From contig JBKHVV010000001.1 of NCBI GenBank assembly GCA_046569885.1, forward strand, positions 1-56,847: a DNA stretch of 56,847 bases, in the 5' to 3' direction. A program made the translations under genes and the position numbers. Positions 17,323 through 28,088 of the stretch are shown here, piece after piece. Origin of the DNA: Bacteroidia bacterium (GTDB lineage: Bacteria > Bacteroidota > Bacteroidia > Flavobacteriales_D > Parvicellaceae). Numbering within the stretch: the first letter of the stretch is position 1; every line of letters starts with the position of its first letter. The notes beneath the pieces were generated by a model. The model was not told the DNA's origin. It did no database searches and was given only the letters and a program-made list of their open reading frames with translations.

Positions 17323-20300
17323 ATGGGAACAACAAAATCATATTGGAAAGGTGTAGAAGAAAAATTAGAAACACCTGAATTTGCAAAACAAAGGGATAAC
17401 GAGTTTGCCCAAGAACTTCCTGTTGAAGAATTTTTAGGAAATAGTAAAATTTCGCAGTTTACTACCGACCGTAGAGACTTTTTAAAGTTTTTAGGATTTA
17501 GTGTAGCTGCCGCAACATTAGCTTCTTGCGAGTCGCCTGTAGTTAAAGCTATCCCCTACACCAACAAACCCGAAGAAATAACACCAGGTGTGGCAAATTG
17601 GTATGCATCGTCTTACTATGATGGTAGCGATTATGCTGCTATTTTAGTAAAAACAAGAGAAGGTCGTCCTATTTATATTAAAGGAAATAAAGATAGAGGC
17701 GTAAATAAAAGTGGCATCAATCCACGTATTGCAGCCTCTGTGCTTTCGTTATACAATGGTGCGCGCTTAAAACAACCCATGGTTGATGGTTCTAACGCCT
17801 CATGGAGCGATGTAGACGCCACCGTAAAAGCAGAATTAACAAAAATTACTACTTCGGGTGGTGCTATCAGAATTTTAACCAACACCATTATTTCTCCATC
17901 TACCCAAACAGCCATTGCAGATTTTATGACTGCCTTTGGAGGAACTGTTGCAGAAGATGGAACAACTAGCGGAGAAGTAAAACATATTATGTACGATGCC
18001 GTTTCTGCCTCAGCCATACGTAAAGCCAACAAGGCTTCGTTTGGTAAAGCAGTCATTCCATCATACAATTTCCATAAAGCAGACGTTATTGTATCATTAG
18101 ACGCTGACTTTTTAACAAGTTGGCTAATGAGTACGCAATATTCTGTAGATTATGCTTCAAGAAGAAATCCTGAAACAGGCACAATGTCTCAGCATTTCCA
18201 ATTCGAAACCATTATGTCTACAACAGGCGCTAATGCCGATTATCGTTCTGCGGTTAAACCATCACAAGTTGGTTTAGTGGCTGCGGCTATTTTATCAAAA
18301 CTTCAAGGTAAATCTGCTTCTGTAGAAGGTGCTGATGAAAACATTGATAGGGCTGTAAAAGCATTGAAATCTGCCAAAGGCGCATCTTTAGTAGTTGCGG
18401 GTGCCAATGACGAAAACATCCAAAACATAGTAAACGCTATCAACGTAGAGTTGGGCAACTATGGTAAAACAATAGATTTAGATAATAACATCAACCTAAA
18501 ACAAGGGGATGACACGCAAGTTGAAACTTTAGTTAAAGAAATTGAAGGCGGAAAAGTTGCCGCATTATTAATGTATGGTGTTAATCCTGCTTATTCGTTG
18601 CCAAATGGAAAAGCATTTGCAGAAGCACTTTCAAAAGTGAAACTATCTGTAGCATTTTCTGAATATGCAGACGAAACGGCATCTAAATGCAAAGTGGTTT
18701 GCGCAGAAAACCACGCACTAGAATCTTGGAATGATTATAACCCTGTAGTTGGTCATTACGCTATTGCTCAGCCCGTAATTCGTCCGTTGTTTGATACACG
18801 TCAAATGCAAGAATCACTCTTAGTTTGGGCAGGCAAAGCAGAAAGACCATCTTCAAAAGACAATACCTTATATCACGATTATATCAAGAAAAATTGGGAA
18901 GTATACGGTTTCCCAACACAAACCACATTTACTGCATTTACAGATTACTGGCACGCTAACGTACATAATGGTTATGCAACGATGCCTCCTGTTGCTGCTA
19001 CAGAATTAACATTTACAGATAATTCAGCACAAGCAATTGCTAGTGTGAAAAAAACAGAAAGTGGTGATTGGGAGTATGTATTGTACCAAAAATCTTCTAT
19101 TGGTGATGGTTCGCAAGCAGCTAACCCTTGGCTACAAGAAATGCCAGACCCAATTACCAAAGTAACTTGGGACAATTACATTACCATATCAATGTCCGAT
19201 GCTGCAGAAATGTTCAACATTAGCGACATGGCAGACCTTTACATTGGTCAGCAATATCCCGCAAGAGTAGCAAAAGTTACTGTTAATGATGTAGATATGG
19301 CATTACCTGTTTATCCATTACCTGGTCAAGCGAAAGGAACTATTGGCATTGCTTTAGGCTATGGAAGAGCAGAAAATGGCGAAAATATTGGTAAAGCAGC
19401 CTTCCAAACTGGTGAATATGGCGGTTATGGAGAAAAACTGACGCCAATTGGACAAAATGCATTCAGATTAACTTCGTTTAATAAAGGTTCAATTTCTTAT
19501 AGTGGTGTAGCCACTGTTGAGGCAACATCTGAAACATACGCGTTGGCTTGTACTCAGACACACCATACTGTAATGGGCAGAACATCTGTGGTTAAAGAAA
19601 CAACCTTGGCTACTTACTTAAGTTCATCAAGAGAAGCTTACAATAAGCCTTATACACTTCCAGTTCATGAAAATGGTACTACCATTAATAAACCTATTTC
19701 TGAAATTGGTTTGTGGGACGAGCACCCCGTAGAGCATGTTGGTCATAGATGGGGTATGACGGTTGACTTAAACCTTTGTAATGGTTGCGGAACATGCCTA
19801 ATTGCTTGCCAAGTAGAAAACAACGTGCCTGTAGTTGGTAAAGATGAAGTAAGACGCTCAAGAGAAATGCACTGGTTGCGCCTTGACCGCTACTTCTCAA
19901 GCGATACAACCAAAGAAAATGGCAAAGATTTAGGAACTATCTCTATGTACAGAAAAATGGAAATTTCTTCTGAAAATCCAGAAGTAGTTTTCATGCCAAT
20001 GATGTGTCAGCACTGTAACCATGCGCCTTGCGAAACAGTTTGTCCCGTTGTAGCAACCACACATAGCGATGAGGGATTAAACCAAATGACCTACAACAGA
20101 TGTATCGGCACACGTTATTGTGCCAACAACTGCCCTTATAAGGTTAGACGTTTCAACTGGTTTAATTATATGGGCTACAAAAAATTCTCTGAAGTAAATC
20201 CGTCACAAGACGATTTAGGAAGAATGGTTCTGAACCCAGATGTAACGGTGCGTTCACGCGGTGTAATGGAAAAATGCAGCATGTGTGTTCAAAAAATACA

Positions 20301-20574
20301 AGAAGGTAAATTGACGGCTAAAAAAGAAGGACGCTTAGTAAAAGATGGAGACGCAACAACAGCTTGCACAGAGGCATGCCCAGCAAATGCCATCACTTTT
20401 GGAGATTGGAATGATAAAGAATCTGCACTAAGAAAAAGTGCAGATAGCTCAAGAGCATATCAAGCACTTGAAGAAGTTGGTGTTAAGCCGAATATTTGGT
20501 ATAAAGTTAAGGTGAGAAACAAAGTTGGGGAAGCGGTGGATCATGCACACAACAATCACTCGGAACAACATTAA
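17323..20574 (+). CDS. actB: ACIII subunit ActB (Tat-signal molybdopterin-oxidoreductase-like domain fused to 4Fe-4S ferredoxin domain)
   Basis: 1083 aa with twin-arginine RRDFLKFLG. C-terminal Cys clusters CNGCGTCLIAC, CQHCNHAPCETVCP, CIGTRYCANNCP. Confidence 0.9.
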   Translation: MGTTKSYWKGVEEKLETPEFAKQRDNEFAQELPVEEFLGNSKISQFTTDRRDFLKFLGFSVAAATLASCESPVVKAIPYTNKPEEITPGVANWYASSYYDGSDYAAILVKTREGRPIYIKGNKDRGVNKSGINPRIAASVLSLYNGARLKQPMVDGSNASWSDVDATVKAELTKITTSGGAIRILTNTIISPSTQTAIADFMTAFGGTVAEDGTTSGEVKHIMYDAVSASAIRKANKASFGKAVIPSYNFHKADVIVSLDADFLTSWLMSTQYSVDYASRRNPETGTMSQHFQFETIMSTTGANADYRSAVKPSQVGLVAAAILSKLQGKSASVEGADENIDRAVKALKSAKGASLVVAGANDENIQNIVNAINVELGNYGKTIDLDNNINLKQGDDTQVETLVKEIEGGKVAALLMYGVNPAYSLPNGKAFAEALSKVKLSVAFSEYADETASKCKVVCAENHALESWNDYNPVVGHYAIAQPVIRPLFDTRQMQESLLVWAGKAERPSSKDNTLYHDYIKKNWEVYGFPTQTTFTAFTDYWHANVHNGYATMPPVAATELTFTDNSAQAIASVKKTESGDWEYVLYQKSSIGDGSQAANPWLQEMPDPITKVTWDNYITISMSDAAEMFNISDMADLYIGQQYPARVAKVTVNDVDMALPVYPLPGQAKGTIGIALGYGRAENGENIGKAAFQTGEYGGYGEKLTPIGQNAFRLTSFNKGSISYSGVATVEATSETYALACTQTHHTVMGRTSVVKETTLATYLSSSREAYNKPYTLPVHENGTTINKPISEIGLWDEHPVEHVGHRWGMTVDLNLCNGCGTCLIACQVENNVPVVGKDEVRRSREMHWLRLDRYFSSDTTKENGKDLGTISMYRKMEISSENPEVVFMPMMCQHCNHAPCETVCPVVATTHSDEGLNQMTYNRCIGTRYCANNCPYKVRRFNWFNYMGYKKFSEVNPSQDDLGRMVLNPDVTVRSRGVMEKCSMCVQKIQEGKLTAKKEGRLVKDGDATTACTEACPANAITFGDWNDKESALRKSADSSRAYQALEEVGVKPNIWYKVKVRNKVGEAVDHAHNNHSEQH

Positions 20575-20596
20575 AAACGAATTAAACTAAACTACA

Positions 20597-21976
20597 ATGC
20601 ACAAGGAAGCAGCAATAAGAGAACCATTAGTTTTAGGTCACAAAACCTACCACGATGTTACGGAAGACGTGTGTAGATCCATAGAAAATAAGGCGCCTAA
20701 AATGTGGTATGTTCTTATTACCATTGCAGGCATCATAGCTCTGTGGGGAATAGGTTGTATTTTATATCTGCTTGGCACAGGTATCGGAACATGGGGTTTA
20801 AATAAAACCGTTCAGTGGGCGTGGGATATCACCAACTTTGTGTGGTGGGTAGGTATTGGTCACGCAGGAACGCTAATTTCTGCCGTATTATTATTGTTCC
20901 GTCAAAAATGGAGAATGGCAATTAACCGTTCTGCAGAGGCAATGACCATCTTTGCGGTGATTATGGCAGGTACTTTTCCGATGATACACATGGGTAGAAT
21001 TTGGATGGCTTATTGGGTAATGCCAATTCCCAACCAATTAGGAACACTTTGGGTAAATGTCAACTCTCCATTGTTGTGGGACGTGTTTGCAATTTCTACT
21101 TATTTCTCTGTATCTTTAGTATTTTGGTACATTGGTCTTATCCCAGATTTTGCAACTATTAGAGATAGAATTACCGACCCCGTTGCCAAAAAAGCCTATG
21201 GAGTTTTGAGTTTTGGATGGAGTGGAAATGCTAAAGCTTGGAATCGTTTTGAGCAAGTTTCATTAGTATTAGCGGGTTTGGCAACACCATTGGTATTCTC
21301 GGTTCACTCTATTGTATCCATGGACTTTGCCACTTCAGTAATTCCTGGTTGGCACACAACAATTTTTCCTCCATACTTTGTTGCAGGCGCTGTTTTTTCT
21401 GGGTTTGCAATGGTACAAACGCTTATACTTATTATGAGAAAGGCAATGGGATTGGAAGCGTACATCCACACAAGACATATTGAGTACATGAACATCGTGA
21501 TTATGGTTACAGGCTCTATCGTAGGCGTAGCATACCTCTCAGAATTATTTGTTTCGTGGTATTCGGGTGTTGAATATGAGCAATATGCTTTCATTAACCG
21601 CTTTTCTGGACCATACTGGTGGGCTTATTGGAGTATGATGACATGTAACGTAATTTCTCCACAGTTAATGTGGTTCAGAAAATTAAGACGAAGTTTACTA
21701 TTCACTTTTATTATCTCAATTGTGGTAAACATAGGTATGTGGTTTGAGCGTTTTGTAATTATCGTAACCTCACTACACAGAGATTACATTCCATCGTCTT
21801 GGACTTATTTTCATCCAACATTTGTAGATATAGGCATCTTTATAGGAACGATAGGCATTTTTTCTGTTTTGTTCTTGCTGTTTGCGCGCTTTTTCCCTGT
21901 GTTGGCACTCAACGAAATAAAAACAATATTAAAATCATCTGGTGAGTCATACAAAAATGACCATACTCACCATTAA
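20597..21976 (+). CDS. actC: ACIII subunit ActC (NrfD/PsrC-family quinol-interacting membrane subunit)
   Basis: 459 aa polytopic protein of NrfD-like pattern. Its operon position is after actB. Confidence 0.85.
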   Translation: MHKEAAIREPLVLGHKTYHDVTEDVCRSIENKAPKMWYVLITIAGIIALWGIGCILYLLGTGIGTWGLNKTVQWAWDITNFVWWVGIGHAGTLISAVLLLFRQKWRMAINRSAEAMTIFAVIMAGTFPMIHMGRIWMAYWVMPIPNQLGTLWVNVNSPLLWDVFAISTYFSVSLVFWYIGLIPDFATIRDRITDPVAKKAYGVLSFGWSGNAKAWNRFEQVSLVLAGLATPLVFSVHSIVSMDFATSVIPGWHTTIFPPYFVAGAVFSGFAMVQTLILIMRKAMGLEAYIHTRHIEYMNIVIMVTGSIVGVAYLSELFVSWYSGVEYEQYAFINRFSGPYWWAYWSMMTCNVISPQLMWFRKLRRSLLFTFIISIVVNIGMWFERFVIIVTSLHRDYIPSSWTYFHPTFVDIGIFIGTIGIFSVLFLLFARFFPVLALNEIKTILKSSGESYKNDHTHH

Positions 21977-21997
21977 ATAAATTTTTTAGCTAAAGCT

Positions 21998-22534
21998 ATG
22001 GCACATAAAATAATATACGCGATGTACGATGATGACCACACCTTGTTAGAGGGTGCAAAAAAACTGGTCGCAAAAGGAGTTCATATTGCAGACGTATTTT
22101 CTCCATTTCCTGTTCATGGAATTGACCCCGTAATTGGCGTAAAACAAACCCGATTAGGCATTAATGCCTTTCTTTATGGGCTAACAGGGCTTATGTTAGC
22201 CATAATGGCGATTAATTATTTTATGATTCGAGACTGGCCCATGAACATTGGTGGTAAGCCAAGTTTTTCAATGCTTGAAAACTTACCTGCATTTGTACCA
22301 GTAATATTTGAATTTACCGTTTTGTGTGCTGCCCACGGAATGGCGATTACTTATTTGTTAAGAAACAAAACCTTGCCAGGAGTAAAAGCTAAAAATCCTG
22401 ACCCAAGAACTACAGATGATAAGTTTGTGATGGAAATAAGACTAAACGAAAATAGCAATTTTTCGGAAGACGAACTATCCTCCATGTTAGAAGAAACAGG
22501 AATAATTGAATTGACTCAAAAAGACGCAAAATAA
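21998..22534 (+). CDS. actD: ACIII subunit ActD (DUF3341)
   Basis: 178 aa with two central TM helices. Its operon position fits, and its stop overlaps the actE ATG (TAATG). Confidence 0.8.
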   Translation: MAHKIIYAMYDDDHTLLEGAKKLVAKGVHIADVFSPFPVHGIDPVIGVKQTRLGINAFLYGLTGLMLAIMAINYFMIRDWPMNIGGKPSFSMLENLPAFVPVIFEFTVLCAAHGMAITYLLRNKTLPGVKAKNPDPRTTDDKFVMEIRLNENSNFSEDELSSMLEETGIIELTQKDAK

Positions 22535-23235
22535 TGATGAAAATGAGCGTAAAATATACCATATTTTTTGGAATATCAGCCCTTGTCGCTACTTCTTGCA
22601 CCAAGCATGAAGATAGTCCGGGTTACGAATACATGCCAGACATGTATCGCTCTCCAGCAATAGAAGCTTATGTAGACTACGGTTTAATTGGTGATTCAGT
22701 TGCTGAAGATTTGCAAAACACGTTAAGTGCAAAGTTGCCTCCGACTGGAACCATTGCCTACAATACAAATGCTATCGAAGCATCGGTAGAAATGCCCTAC
22801 ATCTATCCGAACACTATAGAAGGTTATGAGGCTGCTGGTTTGCAACTTAAAAATCCACTTAAATTTTCGGAAGCAGATTTAGAAAAAGGAAAAGACCTAT
22901 ACACGAAGTTTTGTCAACATTGCCATGGAACAACAGGAAAAGGAGACGGAGGAGTAATTACTTACGGGCGTCACTCAAAACCAGGTGCTTTTGATGTTGC
23001 ACTAAAAGACTTACCAGAAGGTAAAATGTTTCATACGCTCACCTATGGCAAAGGTATGATGGGTTCACACGCCTCTCAACTAACAAAAACTGAGCGTTGG
23101 AAAATAATATTTTATGTACAAGCATTGCAAAATGGAGGTAAACATCCTTTACAAAGCATTGTACCAAGCGTAGATTCAACAGCGATAGTTGTAGACTCTA
23201 CAACATTAGTTGTCGCTCCGAAATTAGAAAATTAA
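22534..23235 (+). CDS. actE: ACIII subunit ActE (monohaem lipoprotein cytochrome c)
   Basis: 233 aa with a lipobox (LVATSC) and a single CQHCH plus a distal Met region. Confidence 0.85.
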   Translation: MMKMSVKYTIFFGISALVATSCTKHEDSPGYEYMPDMYRSPAIEAYVDYGLIGDSVAEDLQNTLSAKLPPTGTIAYNTNAIEASVEMPYIYPNTIEGYEAAGLQLKNPLKFSEADLEKGKDLYTKFCQHCHGTTGKGDGGVITYGRHSKPGAFDVALKDLPEGKMFHTLTYGKGMMGSHASQLTKTERWKIIFYVQALQNGGKHPLQSIVPSVDSTAIVVDSTTLVVAPKLEN

Positions 23236-23269
23236 TTACGACTTTTTAAATAAAGAACAAATTATTAAG

Positions 23270-24778
23270 ATGGAATTCACACTATCAAACAGAGCTAAAA
23301 AAATAACCTTCGGACTGATGGGACTTGGGTTAATTGTCATGATAATTGGATTTTTTAGCCAAAAAGAATATCTACATCCAGAAGTAATTGACAAAAACAC
23401 GCTCATGGTATCTTACCATCATGAGGTGGATGTTTTAGAGGTAGATGCTTTAAAGCAAAACTTAAAAGACAAAGCCGCAGCCCACAACGTGGAAATAACC
23501 ATTGAAGATGCTCATAGTCATGCTGAAGGAGAAGAACACCACGCTCATCATGGATTTGAATGGTTAATCGTTGCTAAAGAAACCGTTTCCGAGCATGAAT
23601 CATTTACAGAACATGAGCACAAGCACACTGCTGCCCAAGTGGTTGAACATATCCTGCACTCAGGAGAAGTAGCATTAAAAGACCACCACTATAAAAGATT
23701 TTGGTCTAATCTGATGGTTAATGGATTTTTCTTCTTTGGAATTTCATTAGGTGCTTTGTTCTTTTTAGCATTGATTTACGCTACCGAAACAGGATGGGCA
23801 GTTGTGGTTAAAAGACTATTTGAAGCAGTAATGATGGCACTTCCTTTTGGCGCAATAATTTTATTGATTGTTTTTGCAACAGGATCTTTACACTTACATC
23901 ACATTTTTCATTGGATGGATAGTGATCTTTATGTTGAAGGAGGAGAACATTACGATGCCCTTATTGCTGGCAAAGCCGCTTATTTAAATCAACCATTTTT
24001 TTGGTTTAGAACCTTAGTTTATTTAGCCGTATTCATTCTATTTGCAAGAGGATTTAGAAAACGCTCCATTTTGGAAGATGAGGTTGGAGGAACAGACATC
24101 CATTTTATGAACTACCGTAAAGGCGCTACATTTTTAGTATTGTTTGCCGTGTTTTCAACCACATTAGCTTGGGATTGGATTATGTCAATAGATACACACT
24201 GGTTTAGTACCTTGTTTGGTTGGTACACATTTTCGGGAATATGGATTAGCGGGATGCTTACCGTATTATTTTTAGCATTATACTTAAGAAGAAAAGGATT
24301 GATGCCAAATATAAACGACAGCCACATTCACGATTTAGGCAAATGGGTATTTGCCGTTAGCTTTTTATGGAGCTACTTATGGTTTTCACAATTTATGCTG
24401 ATTTGGTACTCAAACATACCCGAAGAAACCACCTATTTCATTACCAGAATTGAAGAATACAGATGGTTGTTTTTTGGCGTATTTGCCGTAAACTTCATTT
24501 TACCTATGTTATTTTTAATGTCGAGAGAATCAAAAAGAGCATATGGCGTATTAACAACTGTTGGAGCCATCATTTTTATTGGTCACTGGTTGGATGTATT
24601 TTTAATGATAATGCCAGGCACTGTGTTTGGACATTGGACCATTGGACTGCTTGAGATAGGAATGTTTATGATGTTCTTCGGAGCTTTTGTATTCATTGTA
24701 TTAACCAATCTTTCAAAAGCACCGCTAATGCCTAAACATCACCCTTACTTAGAAGAGAGTTTACACCACGAAATATAA
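23270..24778 (+). CDS. actF: ACIII subunit ActF (NrfD-like membrane subunit 2)
   Basis: 502 aa polytopic protein in the last operon position. It has a His-rich loop between TM1 and TM2. Confidence 0.8.
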   Translation: MEFTLSNRAKKITFGLMGLGLIVMIIGFFSQKEYLHPEVIDKNTLMVSYHHEVDVLEVDALKQNLKDKAAAHNVEITIEDAHSHAEGEEHHAHHGFEWLIVAKETVSEHESFTEHEHKHTAAQVVEHILHSGEVALKDHHYKRFWSNLMVNGFFFFGISLGALFFLALIYATETGWAVVVKRLFEAVMMALPFGAIILLIVFATGSLHLHHIFHWMDSDLYVEGGEHYDALIAGKAAYLNQPFFWFRTLVYLAVFILFARGFRKRSILEDEVGGTDIHFMNYRKGATFLVLFAVFSTTLAWDWIMSIDTHWFSTLFGWYTFSGIWISGMLTVLFLALYLRRKGLMPNINDSHIHDLGKWVFAVSFLWSYLWFSQFMLIWYSNIPEETTYFITRIEEYRWLFFGVFAVNFILPMLFLMSRESKRAYGVLTTVGAIIFIGHWLDVFLMIMPGTVFGHWTIGLLEIGMFMMFFGAFVFIVLTNLSKAPLMPKHHPYLEESLHHEI

Positions 24779-24800
24779 CGTTAAAACGAATAGAAATTTT

Positions 24801-24841
24801 AAAACCCATCTTATAGATTTAATTTAGGAGATGGGTTTTTT
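24801..24841 (+). terminator. rho-independent terminator after actF
   Basis: 10-bp stem AAACCCATCT (24802-24811) / AGATGGGTTT (24829-24838), followed by a T run. Confidence 0.75.
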
Positions 24842-24897
24842 CTTACATACACAAATAAAATAGAAACAATCTAAATTAAACATAATTGCTAAAATTT

Positions 24898-24911
24898 ATG
24901 ATATAAATCAT
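24898..24911. promoter_or_regulatory. FNR/CRP-type palindrome ATGAT-ATAA-ATCAT upstream of coxII
   Basis: Perfect TGAT-N4-ATCA core. Its centre lies 26.5 nt upstream of the -7 box at 24931. Confidence 0.5.
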
Positions 24912-24930
24912 AAACAAATTAAAAAAATAT

Positions 24931-24938
24931 TACCTTTG
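24931..24938 (+). promoter_or_regulatory. candidate -7 box (TACCTTTG) for the cox genes
   Basis: Exact TAnnTTTG match 51 nt upstream of ATG 24989. Confidence 0.4.
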
Positions 24939-24988
24939 GCACCTAAGAAAATTCCATTAAAGAACGTTACAGACACAAGCATTAAGTC

Positions 24989-26161
24989 ATGAGCAAGCTT
25001 TTAATTTTACTAGTTATTTTACTTTCGGTAGTTGCCATAGCTCAAATAATAAGAGTTTATGAGCTAACAGCAAAATTGTCGAACAGAAAAGAAGAGGAAG
25101 TATCAAACCGGGACAACAAACTAAATGCGTGGCTTATGCTCTTATTTATGTTGGCATACTACGCCTTTTTTGGTTGGTTAGTTTACAAATATGGCGATGG
25201 TGGATTGGGCGAGTCCGCATCAGAACACGGCAAGGATATTGACTGGTTAATGGATTTAAATATGTGGATTATTACCATCGTATTCCTCTTAACCACCACC
25301 CTTCTGTTTTCATTCGCTTTCATTTACCACTACAGAAAAGAAAGAAAAGCATTATGGTTTCCTCACAGCAATAAATTAGAGTTAATTTGGACAGTAGTTC
25401 CGGCAATGGTTTTGGCGGTAATTATTGTTTTGGGATTAAAGACATGGAACAGTATTACTAAACTTCCAGAAAAAGGAACAGCAGAACGCGTAGAAATTTA
25501 TGCCAAGCAATTCGATTGGACAATACGCTATTCGGGCACCGACAACGAATTAGGACTTGCCGATTTTAAAGTTATCTCAGGCACCAACCCCCTTGGGATT
25601 ATTACACAAAGTTTAACCAAACAAAAGGTAGAAGAAATTGATGCAGAAATTAAAACTATTTCTGAACTACTAAAGGCAGAAGGAAAATACATACCTAACG
25701 ACAAGCGCATAGAAATGGAAGAAAAAGTTGAGCGCTTGGCAAGACAAAAGAAAAGAATTATTCCAATTGCAGAAAGTCTAAGCGACTCAACCGATGCCAT
25801 GTCATTTGACGACATGATTGTGCGCGGAGAACTTCACCTTGTAAAAGGAAAAACCTACCTACTCGATTTAAAATCTCAGGACGTTATACACTCTGCATAC
25901 CTACCGCACTTCAGAACACAAATGAACTGTGTGCCTGGCATGACCACTTCGGTGAAAATTAAACCAATATTGACCACCGAAGAAATGCGTGAGCAAAAAA
26001 ACAATCCTAATTTTGATTACATTTTATTGTGTAATAAAATTTGCGGAGCCGCTCATTCAAATATGAAACTAAAAGTGATAGTTGAAACCCAAGAAGAATT
26101 TGACGCATGGATAGCTAAGAAAATGACTATTGCAGAAAACTCAGCTGGAGGAGACAAATAA
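24989..26161 (+). CDS. ctaC: cytochrome c oxidase subunit II
   Basis: 390 aa with two N-terminal TM helices. The cupredoxin domain carries CuA ligands (IHSAYLPHF ... CNKICGAAHSNM). Confidence 0.85.
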   Translation: MSKLLILLVILLSVVAIAQIIRVYELTAKLSNRKEEEVSNRDNKLNAWLMLLFMLAYYAFFGWLVYKYGDGGLGESASEHGKDIDWLMDLNMWIITIVFLLTTTLLFSFAFIYHYRKERKALWFPHSNKLELIWTVVPAMVLAVIIVLGLKTWNSITKLPEKGTAERVEIYAKQFDWTIRYSGTDNELGLADFKVISGTNPLGIITQSLTKQKVEEIDAEIKTISELLKAEGKYIPNDKRIEMEEKVERLARQKKRIIPIAESLSDSTDAMSFDDMIVRGELHLVKGKTYLLDLKSQDVIHSAYLPHFRTQMNCVPGMTTSVKIKPILTTEEMREQKNNPNFDYILLCNKICGAAHSNMKLKVIVETQEEFDAWIAKKMTIAENSAGGDK

Positions 26162-26215
26162 AATTTAGAAGAATAACGAATTTAGATTGTAGAAATTTTA
26201 TAGAAAAAAAGTAAA

Positions 26216-28003
26216 ATGGCAGGAACTCACGAACATCACGCTCACCACCACCATCACGAGAGCTTCATTTCAAAGTACATTTTTAGCCAAGATCATAAAA
26301 TGATTTCCAAACAATTTCTTGTTACAGCCATTGTAATGGGAGTTGTGGCTATGATGATGTCTGTATTTTTTCGTTTACAATTAGGTTGGCCCGAGCAACC
26401 TTTTGAAATTCTAAATATGTTTTTGGGCGATAAATGGGCTCCAGAAGGCATCTTAGACAGAAACATGTACTTGGCTTTAGTGACCATTCATGGTACCATC
26501 ATGGTGTTTTTTCTTTTAACAGGTGGTTTGTCGGGTACTTTTGCCAACTTACTTATTCCGTTGCAAATTGGTGCCCGTGATATGGCATCGGGCTTTTTAA
26601 ATATGCTTTCTTATTGGCTCTTTTTGCTATCAAGCATCATAATGATATTGTCCTTATTTGTTGAAGGAGGACCTGCATCTGCTGGTTGGACAGTTTATCC
26701 TCCTCTAAGTGCGCTTCCACAAGCAATGCCTGGTTCTGGCTTAGGAATGACCCTTTGGTTGGTTAGTATGGCAATATTCATAGCATCATCGCTTTTAGGA
26801 GGTATTAACTATGTGGTTACTATTTTAAATTTAAGAACCAAAGGCATGCACATGACAAGAATGCCTTTGACCGTTTGGGCGATATTTGTTACTGCTATCT
26901 TGGGTATTTTATCTTTCCCTGTTTTACTTTCGTGCGCTGTACTTTTAATTATGGACAGAAGCATGGGCACGAGCTTCTATTTATCAGATATTTTTATAGG
27001 AGGCGAAGCATTGGACTTTACAGGTGGTAGCCCAATTTTGTTTCAACACTTATTCTGGTTCTTAGGTCACCCTGAGGTATATATTGTGTTATTACCAGCA
27101 TTAGGTTTAACCTCTGAAATTATTTCTACCAACTCACGTAAGCCAATTTTTGGATACAGAGCGATGATTGGCTCTATTTTAGCCATTGGGTTCTTGTCAT
27201 TTATCGTGTGGGGTCACCACATGTTTATAACAGGTATGAACCCATTTTTAGGCGGTGTGTTTGTATTTACAACCTTGTTGATTGCCATCCCATCGGCTGT
27301 AAAAGTATTTAACTACTTAACCACCCTTTGGAAAGGTAACATCGTTTACACTCCGGCTATGATGTTTTCAATTGGTTTAGTATCAACCTTCATTACTGGA
27401 GGTGTAACTGGTATTATTTTAGCAGACTCTGCGCTTGACATCAATGTACACGACACATACTTTGTGGTGGGACACTTCCATATTGTAATGGGTATGAGTG
27501 CTGTGTTTGGTATGTTTGCAGGCGTTTATCATTGGTTTCCAAAAATGTATGGCAAAATGATGAACCGCAAATGGGGTTATGTTCATTTTTGGCTAACCAT
27601 TATTTGTGGCTATGGTGTATTTTTTCCAATGCACTTTATTGGTTTAGCAGGCGCACCAAGACGCTACTACGATTATTCCGTTTTTGAGTTTGACATGTTT
27701 CAGTACAACTTAATAATGGACTTAAATGTTTTGATTAGCATTTTTGCCATTATAGGGTCTGCTGCGCAGCTTATATTTATCTTTAACTTCTTTTATAGTG
27801 TGTTTAGAGGACAAAAATCACCACAAAATCCATGGAAATCGAACACCTTAGAGTGGACGGCTCCTGTAGAACACATGCACGGCAACTGGCCTGGTGAAAT
27901 TCCTGAAGTACACCGTTGGCCTTACGATTACAGTAAGCCTGGAGCCGAAGAAGATTTTATCCCTCAAAATATTCCCTTAAAAGCAGGTGAAGAAGAGCAC
28001 TAA
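26216..28003 (+). CDS. ctaD: cytochrome c oxidase subunit I
   Basis: 595 aa. Motifs GHPEVYIVLLP, WGHHMF and VGHFHIVM. N-terminal His run HEHHAHHHHHE. Confidence 0.95.
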   Translation: MAGTHEHHAHHHHHESFISKYIFSQDHKMISKQFLVTAIVMGVVAMMMSVFFRLQLGWPEQPFEILNMFLGDKWAPEGILDRNMYLALVTIHGTIMVFFLLTGGLSGTFANLLIPLQIGARDMASGFLNMLSYWLFLLSSIIMILSLFVEGGPASAGWTVYPPLSALPQAMPGSGLGMTLWLVSMAIFIASSLLGGINYVVTILNLRTKGMHMTRMPLTVWAIFVTAILGILSFPVLLSCAVLLIMDRSMGTSFYLSDIFIGGEALDFTGGSPILFQHLFWFLGHPEVYIVLLPALGLTSEIISTNSRKPIFGYRAMIGSILAIGFLSFIVWGHHMFITGMNPFLGGVFVFTTLLIAIPSAVKVFNYLTTLWKGNIVYTPAMMFSIGLVSTFITGGVTGIILADSALDINVHDTYFVVGHFHIVMGMSAVFGMFAGVYHWFPKMYGKMMNRKWGYVHFWLTIICGYGVFFPMHFIGLAGAPRRYYDYSVFEFDMFQYNLIMDLNVLISIFAIIGSAAQLIFIFNFFYSVFRGQKSPQNPWKSNTLEWTAPVEHMHGNWPGEIPEVHRWPYDYSKPGAEEDFIPQNIPLKAGEEEH

Positions 28004-28024
28004 ACTTAATTAAGAATTTCTTAT

Positions 28025-28087
28025 GTCATCCTGAACTTGTTTCAGTATCTGTTGCAAGATTAGATGCTGAAATAAAATCAGCATAAC
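28025..28087. repeat. imperfect inverted-repeat element (GTCATYCTGAA family) between convergent coxI and folA
   Basis: Arm 28025-28050 (GTCATCCTGAACTTGTTTCAGTATCT) pairs with the reverse complement of arm 28062-28087 at 20/26 positions. Each arm also holds its own small hairpin (CTGAA/TTCAG and ATGCTGA/TCAGCAT). It probably acts as a bidirectional terminator. Confidence 0.55.
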
Positions 28088-28088
28088 A

